Shown here piece after piece: positions 28,651 to 37,593 of a DNA stretch of 64,000 nucleotides. Below the pieces are notes generated by a model. The model searched no databases. It saw only the letters and a program-made list of their open reading frames with translations, and was not told the origin of the DNA. The translations under genes and the position numbers were made by a program. Positions within the stretch are counted from its first letter, which is position 1. Each line of letters begins with the position of its first letter. Source of the stretch: Acidilobaceae archaeon (lineage in GTDB: Archaea; Thermoproteota; Thermoprotei_A; Sulfolobales; Acidilobaceae); assembly GCA_038897215.1 (NCBI GenBank), contig JAWAWX010000001.1:96001-160000 (forward strand), in the 5' to 3' direction.

Positions 28651-30600
28651 GTGGCTAGAGACTCTATGAGTAGCCTGGACCTCCACGTCTGGGTTTCTCG
28701 AGGAGAAGCTGTAGACTGCTGGATCGACAACCTCTACGGAGGCTCCTCGCTCTTCTACGCTAAGCTCAGATGCAGGGAGGAGACGCGGATTCTAGCGCTA
28801 GAGCCCTCTAGGAGGCTCCACTTCACGCGAAGACCGTACCCTGAGGGAGCGGAGGGCTTCGTGGTTATGTTGAGGAGACTCGCTAGAGATAGGAGGATAG
28901 TCGGGGTCTCCCAGCTAGGCTTCGATAGAGTGGCGGTGCTAGAGCTCACGGGAGGCTACCGTCTCTACATAGAGCTCCTGCCTCGAGGAGTAGCAGTGCT
29001 CGTAGACGACGCGGGCGTAGTAAAAGCTCTCTCCCGCTCTCTTAAGACGAGAGACAGAGAGCTAGCAGTAGGCAGAGAGTACACTCCCCCTCCTCTCCAG
29101 CAACTCAACCCATTCCTCCTAGACGCTGAGAGATTGTTGAAGGCTGTGAGAGGAGGGAGAGACTTGGTGAGAGGGCTTGTGAGAGGGCTCGGGCTACCGG
29201 GAGAGGCGGCTGAGGAAGCAGTGTACAGAAGCGGGGTCTCAGCGGAGTTGAGCCCCGCGGCTTTGAGTTCCAGCGATGCGGAGAGAGTAGTGAGAGCTCT
29301 CAGCGAGATATACGGAGAGTCTCTGCAGGGAAGAGGCTACCTAATTCTAGACGAGAGAGGGAGTCCTCGAGAAGCCTCTCCCTTCAAGCCTCTGAGAGCT
29401 CCCCCGGAGAGAGTAGTTGCTCTAGAGACTCTAGACGAGGCTCTCGATGAACTCTTCTCAGCTAAGCTAGTAGAGCCACTCAGCGTCTCCGAGGAGGTGT
29501 CGGCTGAGAGAGCTAGACTAGAGGCTAGCCTAGAGGAGGCTAGGGCTAGAGCTGAACTCTACCTAGAGGAGGCTAGGAGGCTAGAGGAGGCTGCGGAGAG
29601 GCTGGCTTCTAGCTACGAGCTAGCTGAGAGCATAGTGGAGTGCGTCTCTAGACTCTGGAGAGCTAGAGCAGCGAGAGAGTGTAGTGGGGTAGTCGCCGTA
29701 GACTACTCCAGAGGCGTCTACAGCTTTGAAATCCAGGGGTTCAGATACGATGCTAGATACGGTGAAACCCCCCAGTCTATCATAACGAGACTCTACAAAG
29801 AAGCCGGCGAGGCTAGAGCTAGAGCCGAGAAGGCTCTAGAAGCGAGCGCTGAGATAGAGTCGAGGCTTAGAGAGCTGGAGACCAAGGCTAGAGTTAGAGC
29901 AATCCAGGCTAGAGCTAGAGCTAGGAGCGTGTTCTGGTTCGAGAAGTACAGGTGGAGCGTTACAACCAGCGGGCTCCTCGTGCTAGCCGGGAGAGACGCT
30001 AGCCAGAACGAGTCGCTCGTCAGGAAGCACCTCGAGGACAGCGATATATTCATGCACGCTGACATTCAGGGAGCTCCAGCAGTAGTCATCAAGACTCGGG
30101 GAGCCGAGGTTAGGAGAGAAGATGTGGAAGACGCTGCAGTCATAGCAGCATGCTATAGCAAAGCTTGGAAAGCAGGGCTCGCGTTGATAGACGTATTCTG
30201 GGTTCGGGGAAGCCAGGTCTCCAAATCCCCCCCTCCAGGCGAGTATCTGAGAAGAGGGAGCTTCATGGTATACGGGAGGAGAGAGTACGTCAAGACAGAG
30301 CTAGCTTTAGCTATAGGGGTAGCCCTAGACCCCGGGGGAGCTCCGCTAGTCCTAGCTGGTAGCGAGAGAGTAGTCTCGAAGCACTCCATAGCCTACGCTA
30401 TCATAGTTCCGGGGAGGAGGAGCTTGGAGGAGGCGGAGCTCTTGAGGAAAGCTCTCGCAGAAGCTGTCGATGAGCAGGATAGAGTCTACGTTCTAGCTGT
30501 TAGAGAGCAGGAGCTCAAAGACAAGATCCCGGGGGCCTTCAGCATACTCAAGGTCTCGAGAGGCGGGAGAGAGGTTTTCGACCCGAGGCTCTACGCTTAG
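28651..30600 (+). CDS. rqcH: Ribosome quality control protein RqcH (NFACT/NEMF family)
   Basis: Q.GFDR, WFEKYRW, GRDASQNE, HADIQGA, YSKAW, QVSK and GEYL..GSF. Confidence 0.93.
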   Translation: MARDSMSSLDLHVWVSRGEAVDCWIDNLYGGSSLFYAKLRCREETRILALEPSRRLHFTRRPYPEGAEGFVVMLRRLARDRRIVGVSQLGFDRVAVLELTGGYRLYIELLPRGVAVLVDDAGVVKALSRSLKTRDRELAVGREYTPPPLQQLNPFLLDAERLLKAVRGGRDLVRGLVRGLGLPGEAAEEAVYRSGVSAELSPAALSSSDAERVVRALSEIYGESLQGRGYLILDERGSPREASPFKPLRAPPERVVALETLDEALDELFSAKLVEPLSVSEEVSAERARLEASLEEARARAELYLEEARRLEEAAERLASSYELAESIVECVSRLWRARAARECSGVVAVDYSRGVYSFEIQGFRYDARYGETPQSIITRLYKEAGEARARAEKALEASAEIESRLRELETKARVRAIQARARARSVFWFEKYRWSVTTSGLLVLAGRDASQNESLVRKHLEDSDIFMHADIQGAPAVVIKTRGAEVRREDVEDAAVIAACYSKAWKAGLALIDVFWVRGSQVSKSPPPGEYLRRGSFMVYGRREYVKTELALAIGVALDPGGAPLVLAGSERVVSKHSIAYAIIVPGRRSLEEAELLRKALAEAVDEQDRVYVLAVREQELKDKIPGAFSILKVSRGGREVFDPRLYA

Positions 30601-31832
30601 GTTATAGCCGAGTCTTTACATACAGTCCCTCTCCGTACTACTCTATGAGGCCACACCTTGCACCTCGAGAGAACAGCTCCATCCTCTATTATCGCGTTAT
30701 CGCCTACAACGCTATCCTCAATTCTCACCGACGAGCCTATCGTCGCGTGCCTCCCGATAACGCTGTTCTCGATCGAAGTCTTGCTCCCAATGCTACACCT
30801 ATCCATTACTATAGACCTAACTATTGAGACCTCGTCCCCGACTATCACGAAATTGTCTATCACAGAGTCCTCTAGAGCTACTCTAGAGCCTAGCTTGACG
30901 TGTCTGCCGAGGAGCACGTCACCACTCACTCTCAAATCACCCTCCTCTACTCTCTTCACGACCTCAGCTTGGAGTCTCTTTGAGAGCGCGGTTCTACCCT
31001 GCATCTTGAGACCCCTGTACTCTGTCTCCACATCTAGGAGGTCTCTCGTGAAGCTCTTCACGACGTAGAGCGAGGCTTCTATCAGCCTCTCGGGAGTCCC
31101 CACATCGAACCAGAACCCCTCCAGCTTGTAGCCCGCTACTCTCTCCCCCTTCTCGATCACTCTCGGTATCACGTGCATCCCGAAGTCTCCCTCTCCTCTC
31201 TCGATCATCTCGGAGAACTCTCCGGACAGCAGGAACTCGACCATCTCTCTCGATAGCAGGTATATGCCTGTATTGGCTAGATTGGAGGGAGCTTGACTGG
31301 GGTCTTTGGGCTTCTCTACAAACCCTCTAATCAAGCCCTCTGAGTCTAGCTTGGCGACACCGAAGTGCTTGAGCTCTCTCGGGTCGCTGATCTCTTTGAG
31401 GGCTATCGTCATGAAAGCCTTCTTAGACTCGTGGTACTCATACATGTCTCTAACGTTCACCGAGGCCAGAGTGTCGCACTGGACTACGAGAACCGGCTCT
31501 CTTATGCTGTAGTACTCTAGGAGTAGCCTCACGGAGTGAGCGTTGCCCACAGTGCTCGCGTTGGGCTGGTAGCGGACTCTGACCACCTTGTACTCTCTCC
31601 CCCCGAGAGGGACTCTGAAGTAGGAGCCTAGGTGGTCGTGTAGAGTCTTGTAGTTAGTATACCCGCTGACGCCCAGATAGAACTCCTCGATTCCCTCTAG
31701 AGCTAGGAGCTGTACTATGAAGTCTATGAGGAATCTGTTGGCTAGCCTCACCATAGCTTTAGATGTCTCTACCGTGAGCGGGTAGAGGCGAGTGCCGAGC
31801 CCGCCCACCGGGATCAAGGCTTTCGTGATTAT
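30597..31832 (-). CDS. Sugar-1-phosphate nucleotidyltransferase with LbH domain (glycogen operon); start extended to probable ATA at 31832 (ORF track TTG at 31817)
   Basis: GGLGTRLYPLT...SK, FGV, FVEKP, NTGIY, DFG, WFDVGT and hexapeptide repeats. Confidence 0.92.
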   Translation of the reverse strand: MITKALIPVGGLGTRLYPLTVETSKAMVRLANRFLIDFIVQLLALEGIEEFYLGVSGYTNYKTLHDHLGSYFRVPLGGREYKVVRVRYQPNASTVGNAHSVRLLLEYYSIREPVLVVQCDTLASVNVRDMYEYHESKKAFMTIALKEISDPRELKHFGVAKLDSEGLIRGFVEKPKDPSQAPSNLANTGIYLLSREMVEFLLSGEFSEMIERGEGDFGMHVIPRVIEKGERVAGYKLEGFWFDVGTPERLIEASLYVVKSFTRDLLDVETEYRGLKMQGRTALSKRLQAEVVKRVEEGDLRVSGDVLLGRHVKLGSRVALEDSVIDNFVIVGDEVSIVRSIVMDRCSIGSKTSIENSVIGRHATIGSSVRIEDSVVGDNAIIEDGAVLSRCKVWPHRVVRRGTVCKDSAIT

Positions 31833-33352
31833 GACTCGAGCACCTCTCCCCGCTCTTCACTCATTAGATCGCCTCGCTCAGCTAATATACTTCTCCTTTC
31901 TCGTCTCAGGAGGCTCGATAGCTCTCTGTAGCCGCATCTCTCTAGAGCCTCAGCGGGCTCTCTGAGAGCGAAGACTTCTCTGAGCCACCTCTCGAAGTCT
32001 CCTCGCTCTATGTGAGCCTCTAGAGAGTCTCTGGGAGCTCCTGCTAGAGACTTCTCGAGCTCCTGCACGCTACACGCACGTATGCCGATGTAACCTCCCT
32101 CGGGGTCTCTGAAGTAGAAGCAGAGCTCTGGGGGGGCTCTGAACTCTCCGAGGAACCGGCAGGGCTCAGCGTTTATCTCGGAGGCTATCTTATCCGAGAG
32201 GAGAGCCAGAGCGTTCATGTAGGCTACGTGAGCTCTATAGGGGCTCTTGTATGGGTTGAAGTAGTTGTGGACTTCTCCAGCCGGCCCCGTCTTGAGAGCC
32301 TGGTAGTAGAAGTGGTCGCTAGTGCTCAGTAGCCTCCAGTATCTGAGAACACTCCCCCCTAGGGCTCTAGCGTAAGGGTAGAGTCTCGCGAGCCAGCGTA
32401 GAGCTGTAGCCTGCATCTCGGAGCCAGCCCAGGCTGAGAGGTCTCTCTCGTCAGCCCAGCTTATCGCAGTCCACTCGGGCACATCGTAGACTCCCACGGG
32501 CCTGTTTCTGAGAGCCGCTTCGGTCACCGTAGCGAATCTCAGCCTGGGCCTTCTAGCTATCTCTCTCGGGAGCCACTCGAGGAACTCGTATATCCCCGTC
32601 TCGGGCCAGTGGTGCTCTCCGAAGGTCTCGTAGTCCATGGCTATGAAGACCACGTCTCCCGGCGACGCCTCGATCCAGGACGCGTACTTGTCGGCTGTTA
32701 GAGGGTACTGGTCCCACGTTCTCGCACTGAACCTGAAGCCCACGTCGTCGCTCAGCCTATAGTTCCTCACAAGCACTCTAGCATCACAACCCCTCGCTAG
32801 ATAGACGTGATTGAACCCTATGAACGAGGGGAGGCTCTCGACGCCCTCCGTCACTACCACCTTGAACCCCATATCGTGTAGAGTGCAGGCCACGTTGTTG
32901 TTGTATATGAATTCGGTGTTCTCAGCTGCTGTCGGCCTTCTGCCAGTGAGCTCTCTCACTACTCTAGCGTGCTCGACTACCTGCTTCACGAACTCGTCCC
33001 TGTCTACGAGCCACGCTAGCGAGTGGTAGTAGGTTTGAGCAGCGAACTCTACTCTCTCCGTTGCAGCGAGCTCCTCTAGGAGCGAGTAAGCTTGAGGAGC
33101 ATATCTCCTCATAGCCTCGAGAGCCAGCCCTGAGACACTCATAGTGAACTTGAAGGACTCGACCTCCTTGAGCGCGCCTAGAAGGATCCTGGTTGCTTTC
33201 ACGTAGACTCTCTCGGCTACTCTCTCGAAGACCTCTCTGTTCAGCTCCCACTCGAAAGCCTCCTCTAGAGAGGATACTCTCGAGCCGGGGAGGGGGTCTA
33301 GAGGCTTCAGCCTGTAGGGCTGGTGTAGCTCGAAGAAGAGCACCACATCCAT
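31829..33352 (-). CDS. GH57 alpha-amylase with extra C-terminal domain
   Basis: HQP, QTYYHS, NTEF, DYETFGEH, SWAD and STSDHFYY. Confidence 0.92.
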   Translation of the reverse strand: MDVVLFFELHQPYRLKPLDPLPGSRVSSLEEAFEWELNREVFERVAERVYVKATRILLGALKEVESFKFTMSVSGLALEAMRRYAPQAYSLLEELAATERVEFAAQTYYHSLAWLVDRDEFVKQVVEHARVVRELTGRRPTAAENTEFIYNNNVACTLHDMGFKVVVTEGVESLPSFIGFNHVYLARGCDARVLVRNYRLSDDVGFRFSARTWDQYPLTADKYASWIEASPGDVVFIAMDYETFGEHHWPETGIYEFLEWLPREIARRPRLRFATVTEAALRNRPVGVYDVPEWTAISWADERDLSAWAGSEMQATALRWLARLYPYARALGGSVLRYWRLLSTSDHFYYQALKTGPAGEVHNYFNPYKSPYRAHVAYMNALALLSDKIASEINAEPCRFLGEFRAPPELCFYFRDPEGGYIGIRACSVQELEKSLAGAPRDSLEAHIERGDFERWLREVFALREPAEALERCGYRELSSLLRRERRSILAERGDLMSEERGEVLES

Positions 33353-34932
33353 CAGCGTGCACCACTAGCTACAGCTCTATAGTACGCCATCAGCCTAGCG
33401 CGCTCATAGCACTCTCTGATCTGCCCGGCTACCGAGGACTCTCTGAACATGGACTCAACTCTCTTCAAGCAGTTCTCCCTAATCCTCCAGAACGAGCCAG
33501 AGAACCTCTTCAGCTCAGCTACAGGGACGTCCTCTGGAGGGGCTCCGCGAGCAAGCCTAGCAATAGACTCGAGAGCAGCCCCCACCTCAGCGTGGTTCTC
33601 GGGGCTTGCGAGAACCCCTGTCCCGCTATCACTCCACCTCAGGTCTAGAACAGCCTCCTTCAAGCCCCCAACGCTAGAGGCGACAACGGGGACTCCTAGA
33701 GCTTGAGCTTCTACAGCAACGAGACCGAAGGGCTCCCACCTCGAGGGAGCCACAAGGGCTTTCGAGAGTCTCAGGACGGCTAGAGCGTCCTCTCTCCTAA
33801 CTCTACCCGCTATCACCATGACTCTCCCCCTCCTCTCCTCTACCAGTAGCCTGAGGTAGCTCTCGAAGTGGTAATCGCCCACAGGCAATCCTAGGATGAG
33901 GAGCCTGACTGAGGGAGCGTAGTCTAGAGCTCTGACAGCCACATCGAAGCCCTTCTGCCACGTGAGCCTCCCCAGAGCTACGACTAGGTTCTCATAGCTA
34001 TCCAGACCCCCCCAGACGGATCCCTGAGCTCTCAGAGCCTCGAGAATCGCTGGGATAGATCTCTCCGATACTTCGCCATACCTGCTCTCAATGTATCTGT
34101 CTACGTCCTCTAAGCGGACCCCCGTGGAGTTGTAGACTACGCAGGACTTGTGCTCGACCCAAGAGCCATGTCTTCTCGCGAGTTCCTCGTGGAGATAGCT
34201 GTAGCTAACAGTGGACACTAGGTCTGCCTCAGTTACCCCGAAGGCCTCCACATTGCCCCAGCTCTCGTCCCAGACCTCTCTATGCGTTCTCCACACGTGA
34301 GAGTACGGCTTCCAGACGAGGTGGGGAACATCTTCTAGACCTGACCAGTCTCGGCTAGCGTAGTGCCAGGGGAAGCTGGGAGAGCCCGAGAGGTGGATAG
34401 AGTAGACTAGAGGGATTGCTAGGCATCTGCGTTCAGCAACCTGCTTGACCGCGACACCGGCCAGGACGCTGTGCCAGTCGTTAGCGTCGACTAGGTCTGG
34501 TAACTGAGAGCGCTCGGCAAAAGCTCTCACAGCTCTAGCGAAAAGTGAAGCCTTCTCCTCGACGTTAGAGTAGATGTCCCAGGAGTCGAAGACAGACTTG
34601 GTGTGCTCATCGAGACCCTTGAAGAGAACCAACCTAACGTCATTCAAGACCATCTCGTCTGCTCCCAGGCAGTATCTGTAGAACCCTCCATCCAGCCCTC
34701 TCCTGAAACCACACTCTCTGAAATCCAGCTCTCTCAGCCCCAGCCTCTGCCTCTCACTGTAGCTAGCGTGCCTGCCATGAGAAGGCATCAGTACAGTGAC
34801 TCTCAGCCCCAGCCTCGTTAGAGCCTCTGCTCTAGCTCTCACAGCCTCGCCGAGACCCCCTAGTGAGGCTACACCAGCGTACTCGAAGGAGAGAATCCAC
34901 GCAGACTTCAGCTCTCTCGGAGCATATAGCAA
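33352..34932 (-). CDS. glgA: Glycogen synthase
   Basis: GGLG, NDWH, TVS, GRLTWQKG and PSRWEPFGL. Confidence 0.9.
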   Translation of the reverse strand: MLYAPRELKSAWILSFEYAGVASLGGLGEAVRARAEALTRLGLRVTVLMPSHGRHASYSERQRLGLRELDFRECGFRRGLDGGFYRYCLGADEMVLNDVRLVLFKGLDEHTKSVFDSWDIYSNVEEKASLFARAVRAFAERSQLPDLVDANDWHSVLAGVAVKQVAERRCLAIPLVYSIHLSGSPSFPWHYASRDWSGLEDVPHLVWKPYSHVWRTHREVWDESWGNVEAFGVTEADLVSTVSYSYLHEELARRHGSWVEHKSCVVYNSTGVRLEDVDRYIESRYGEVSERSIPAILEALRAQGSVWGGLDSYENLVVALGRLTWQKGFDVAVRALDYAPSVRLLILGLPVGDYHFESYLRLLVEERRGRVMVIAGRVRREDALAVLRLSKALVAPSRWEPFGLVAVEAQALGVPVVASSVGGLKEAVLDLRWSDSGTGVLASPENHAEVGAALESIARLARGAPPEDVPVAELKRFSGSFWRIRENCLKRVESMFRESSVAGQIRECYERARLMAYYRAVASGAR

Positions 34933-35047
34933 TACCTGCTCCCGTATACACTGCTAGCTGGCTGGAGGTGTATAATCTAAGCTAGCGTAAGCCCCAAGGG
35001 GGGCTCGCTTACCGGCTCGAGCCGACGGCTCGAGGAGAGGTATTACT

Positions 35048-36562
35048 CTAGAAGAACTCAGGATAGTACTGGGAGAGCATTCTCCTCATATCCGCTAGCT
35101 TCTCGAAATCCCTGTATGCTCTATAGGAGACTAGCTCGTACTCGTCTCTCTTACTGTCGATAGTGTCCACGACTCTCTCAAGCTTCTTGACTAGATCCTC
35201 GTAGTCGTGCTCGTTTATCTGCTTAGCCTTCTCATCCTCGAGGCTTATGAACTCTCGTAGCTCGCTACCGAAGAGCCACCCGTTGACTCCGTCTTCTATC
35301 ATCTCTAGAGCCCCTCCGTCTCTCGAGGCTAGAGACGGTGTCCCGTTGACTCCTGACTTCATGTAGCTGGTCCCGCATGCCTCCCAGCCAGGGAACGGAG
35401 TGAAGAGTAGCACGTCTGCTCCAGCGAGCAGATGCCTAGCTAGCTCTATCGAGTAGCTGGGGTGGAATGCTAGATTCTCCACCTCCTGAGAGAGCTCATG
35501 CAATCTCTCAGCCTGCTTGACGCCCCACGAGTCGTTTATGTGAGGCTTCCCAGCGACCATTATGAAGACTCTGTCTCTCAAGTCTATCTCCTCGGCTAGC
35601 CTCTCGACGAAGAAGGGGCGCTTGTACTTGGTTATCCTCCTAGCCCACACTAGGAGTACTCTATTGCCCACCCTCTTCCCCGTCAGCCCGGCTATGATCG
35701 ATGAGAGCTCCTCTCTCAGCCTGGCTCTCTCGGCTGAGAGCTCTCGAGGGTGCTCTAGACCCCCTCTAACCAGCCTCCAGTACTCCACGTCTATGGCGTT
35801 CGTGACGCTCCTCAGCTTATCGGAGTACTTCGGGAACAGCGCTCTCGTTATCTCAGCGTGCCTCTTGGAGACAGCGAAGACTGCTGACACAGCCTCCATC
35901 GCCGCCTCGCTCATAGTCCTAACGCTCGGCAGAGACACGTCTAGAACCTCCTCTGCTTCACCCTTACAGAGGAGAGGGTGCCCCCAGGGCCCAGGGGTGT
36001 GCGTCACGAATCTTAGAGTGTAGGTCTTGGGTAGCAGGTAGGGGACCAGCCCTAGGTGAGCCTCCTGTATGTCAACGTACGAGTCGGAGTCCCCCACCAC
36101 CTTCTTCACTATCTCAGCCGCGACAGCCGAGGCCACTATGAAGGTCTGGCACTCTCCGCCGTCACCGTACCTGTAGAGGTGGTCGAAGAGCCTGGCGACA
36201 GCCTTAGGTCTCTTAACGTGGTAGAGTAGAGCTCTAGCAGACCCCTCTCTGTACTCGTAGACGTCAGCCTCAGCAAGGAACCTCCCATTCCCCCCTCGAG
36301 CCACAATAGTCTTCACGAATCTGAGCCTCGAGAGGAAGTCCGGCGAGTGCCTATGAGTAACCTCGACAAGCCTCCCCCCCGGGTCCACGTCGTACTCGAC
36401 GTAGCCTCTGGGGTAGAAGGGAGCCACGACAACGTAGGGGAGTCCCAGCCTGGAGGCAGCGTAGAACTTGTCGGCTTCCAGCACGCCGAGGCCTCCGGCA
36501 TAGTTAGCACTCCCTCTCAGCGCTATCTCCATAGTCACGCTGACTATACTCTTACCCGCCAT
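35048..36562 (-). CDS. glgP: Alpha-glucan (glycogen/maltodextrin) phosphorylase, short crenarchaeal type
   Basis: NYAGGLG, QEAH, THTP..WGH, ARR...YKR, EACGTSYMK and SRDGG. Confidence 0.92.
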   Translation of the reverse strand: MAGKSIVSVTMEIALRGSANYAGGLGVLEADKFYAASRLGLPYVVVAPFYPRGYVEYDVDPGGRLVEVTHRHSPDFLSRLRFVKTIVARGGNGRFLAEADVYEYREGSARALLYHVKRPKAVARLFDHLYRYGDGGECQTFIVASAVAAEIVKKVVGDSDSYVDIQEAHLGLVPYLLPKTYTLRFVTHTPGPWGHPLLCKGEAEEVLDVSLPSVRTMSEAAMEAVSAVFAVSKRHAEITRALFPKYSDKLRSVTNAIDVEYWRLVRGGLEHPRELSAERARLREELSSIIAGLTGKRVGNRVLLVWARRITKYKRPFFVERLAEEIDLRDRVFIMVAGKPHINDSWGVKQAERLHELSQEVENLAFHPSYSIELARHLLAGADVLLFTPFPGWEACGTSYMKSGVNGTPSLASRDGGALEMIEDGVNGWLFGSELREFISLEDEKAKQINEHDYEDLVKKLERVVDTIDSKRDEYELVSYRAYRDFEKLADMRRMLSQYYPEFF

Positions 36563-36876
36563 CAGGAAGATACCTCTACTCTCTCCGCGGAGAAGGCTTA
36601 AGCAGTGGACTCCTATAATCTCGAGTTAGGGGTCTGAGACGAGAGCCATAGAAGCCCCCGGATATGGGGGAGAGCGAGCCCGCCCCACTAGACCAGCGGC
36701 GAGCACAGCCATGTACTCCTAGAACTCGTTATGGAGGCTGTCCCCGAACCAAGCGATTCCAGGCAGCGTGCTCCACGTGATGCTAGAGGGGGACCCCAGG
36801 AGGAGCTGAGCTTCCCAAGTATTCGAGGCTTATAAGGTTGGACTTTTTCCTAGCTTGTTGTGAGGCCAGTAGCGCG

Positions 36877-37440
36877 ATGTTCTATAGGAAGATGGTCTCA
36901 GCGACTCTCATCCTGCTGGTCATGCTAAGCGCTCTAGTGTTGCCGGGGCTGGAGCCGGCTGTAGCCGGAGAGGTTCACGATAACAGAGTTAGAGCAGGCG
37001 TGGAGGTGTACCTGCCTATATTCGAGCGGAAGCTGGCTGGCATATACTCAGAAGTGAGCTTCAAGTATAACCAGACGTCGGGAGCTATCGAAGAGTCAAA
37101 AGTTGAAAGCTGGGAGTGGGAGGCTCGACACTGTGATTGCAAAACCAGCATAAAGCGCTCTAGCAGTAGGGGAGATGGCAGGGAGTTTCCTATCAATGTC
37201 GAGGTCGAGTGGGAGATAGTTATCAAGATAATCAAGATACGCTTCTGGCATATCATGGTCGGCATCACTCGCGAATTCAGCGGGTACAACTCGATAACGT
37301 GCATGATCGTCGAGTCTGAAAGCGTGGTGTGCGATGTGCGTGTCTACGAGCGTGGTAGCGGGCGGATAGTAGGCGAAACGGTCATAGAGCGCGTTCCATT
37401 TGCCGCTGAGTACATAGGAAGACTCAGGGTAGTGGGGTAG
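36877..37440 (+). CDS. Hypothetical secreted beta-rich protein of atypical composition
   Basis: Signal peptide after ATG 36877; TTATAA promoter near 36830; CGN Arg codons. Confidence 0.6.
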   Translation: MFYRKMVSATLILLVMLSALVLPGLEPAVAGEVHDNRVRAGVEVYLPIFERKLAGIYSEVSFKYNQTSGAIEESKVESWEWEARHCDCKTSIKRSSSRGDGREFPINVEVEWEIVIKIIKIRFWHIMVGITREFSGYNSITCMIVESESVVCDVRVYERGSGRIVGETVIERVPFAAEYIGRLRVVG

Positions 37441-37593
37441 CCTGGAGAGCCTTCTCTCTAGCTCTAACCCGGCGGCTCTCATATTCCTGTCGATAGCCGT
37501 GGTCCGGTTGAGAGCGAGGAGGAGATGGTGCTAGAGGAGGCTCGCGTGAGGCTGGAGTTTACCCCGCGGATCAAGCGCTACTTCGAGAGCTCT

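Noticed and set aside
36715-36725. In-frame TAG as pyrrolysine or stop readthrough
   Set aside because: TAG terminates many conserved genes at their expected ends and no pyl genes are present; a remnant or chance reading is more likely
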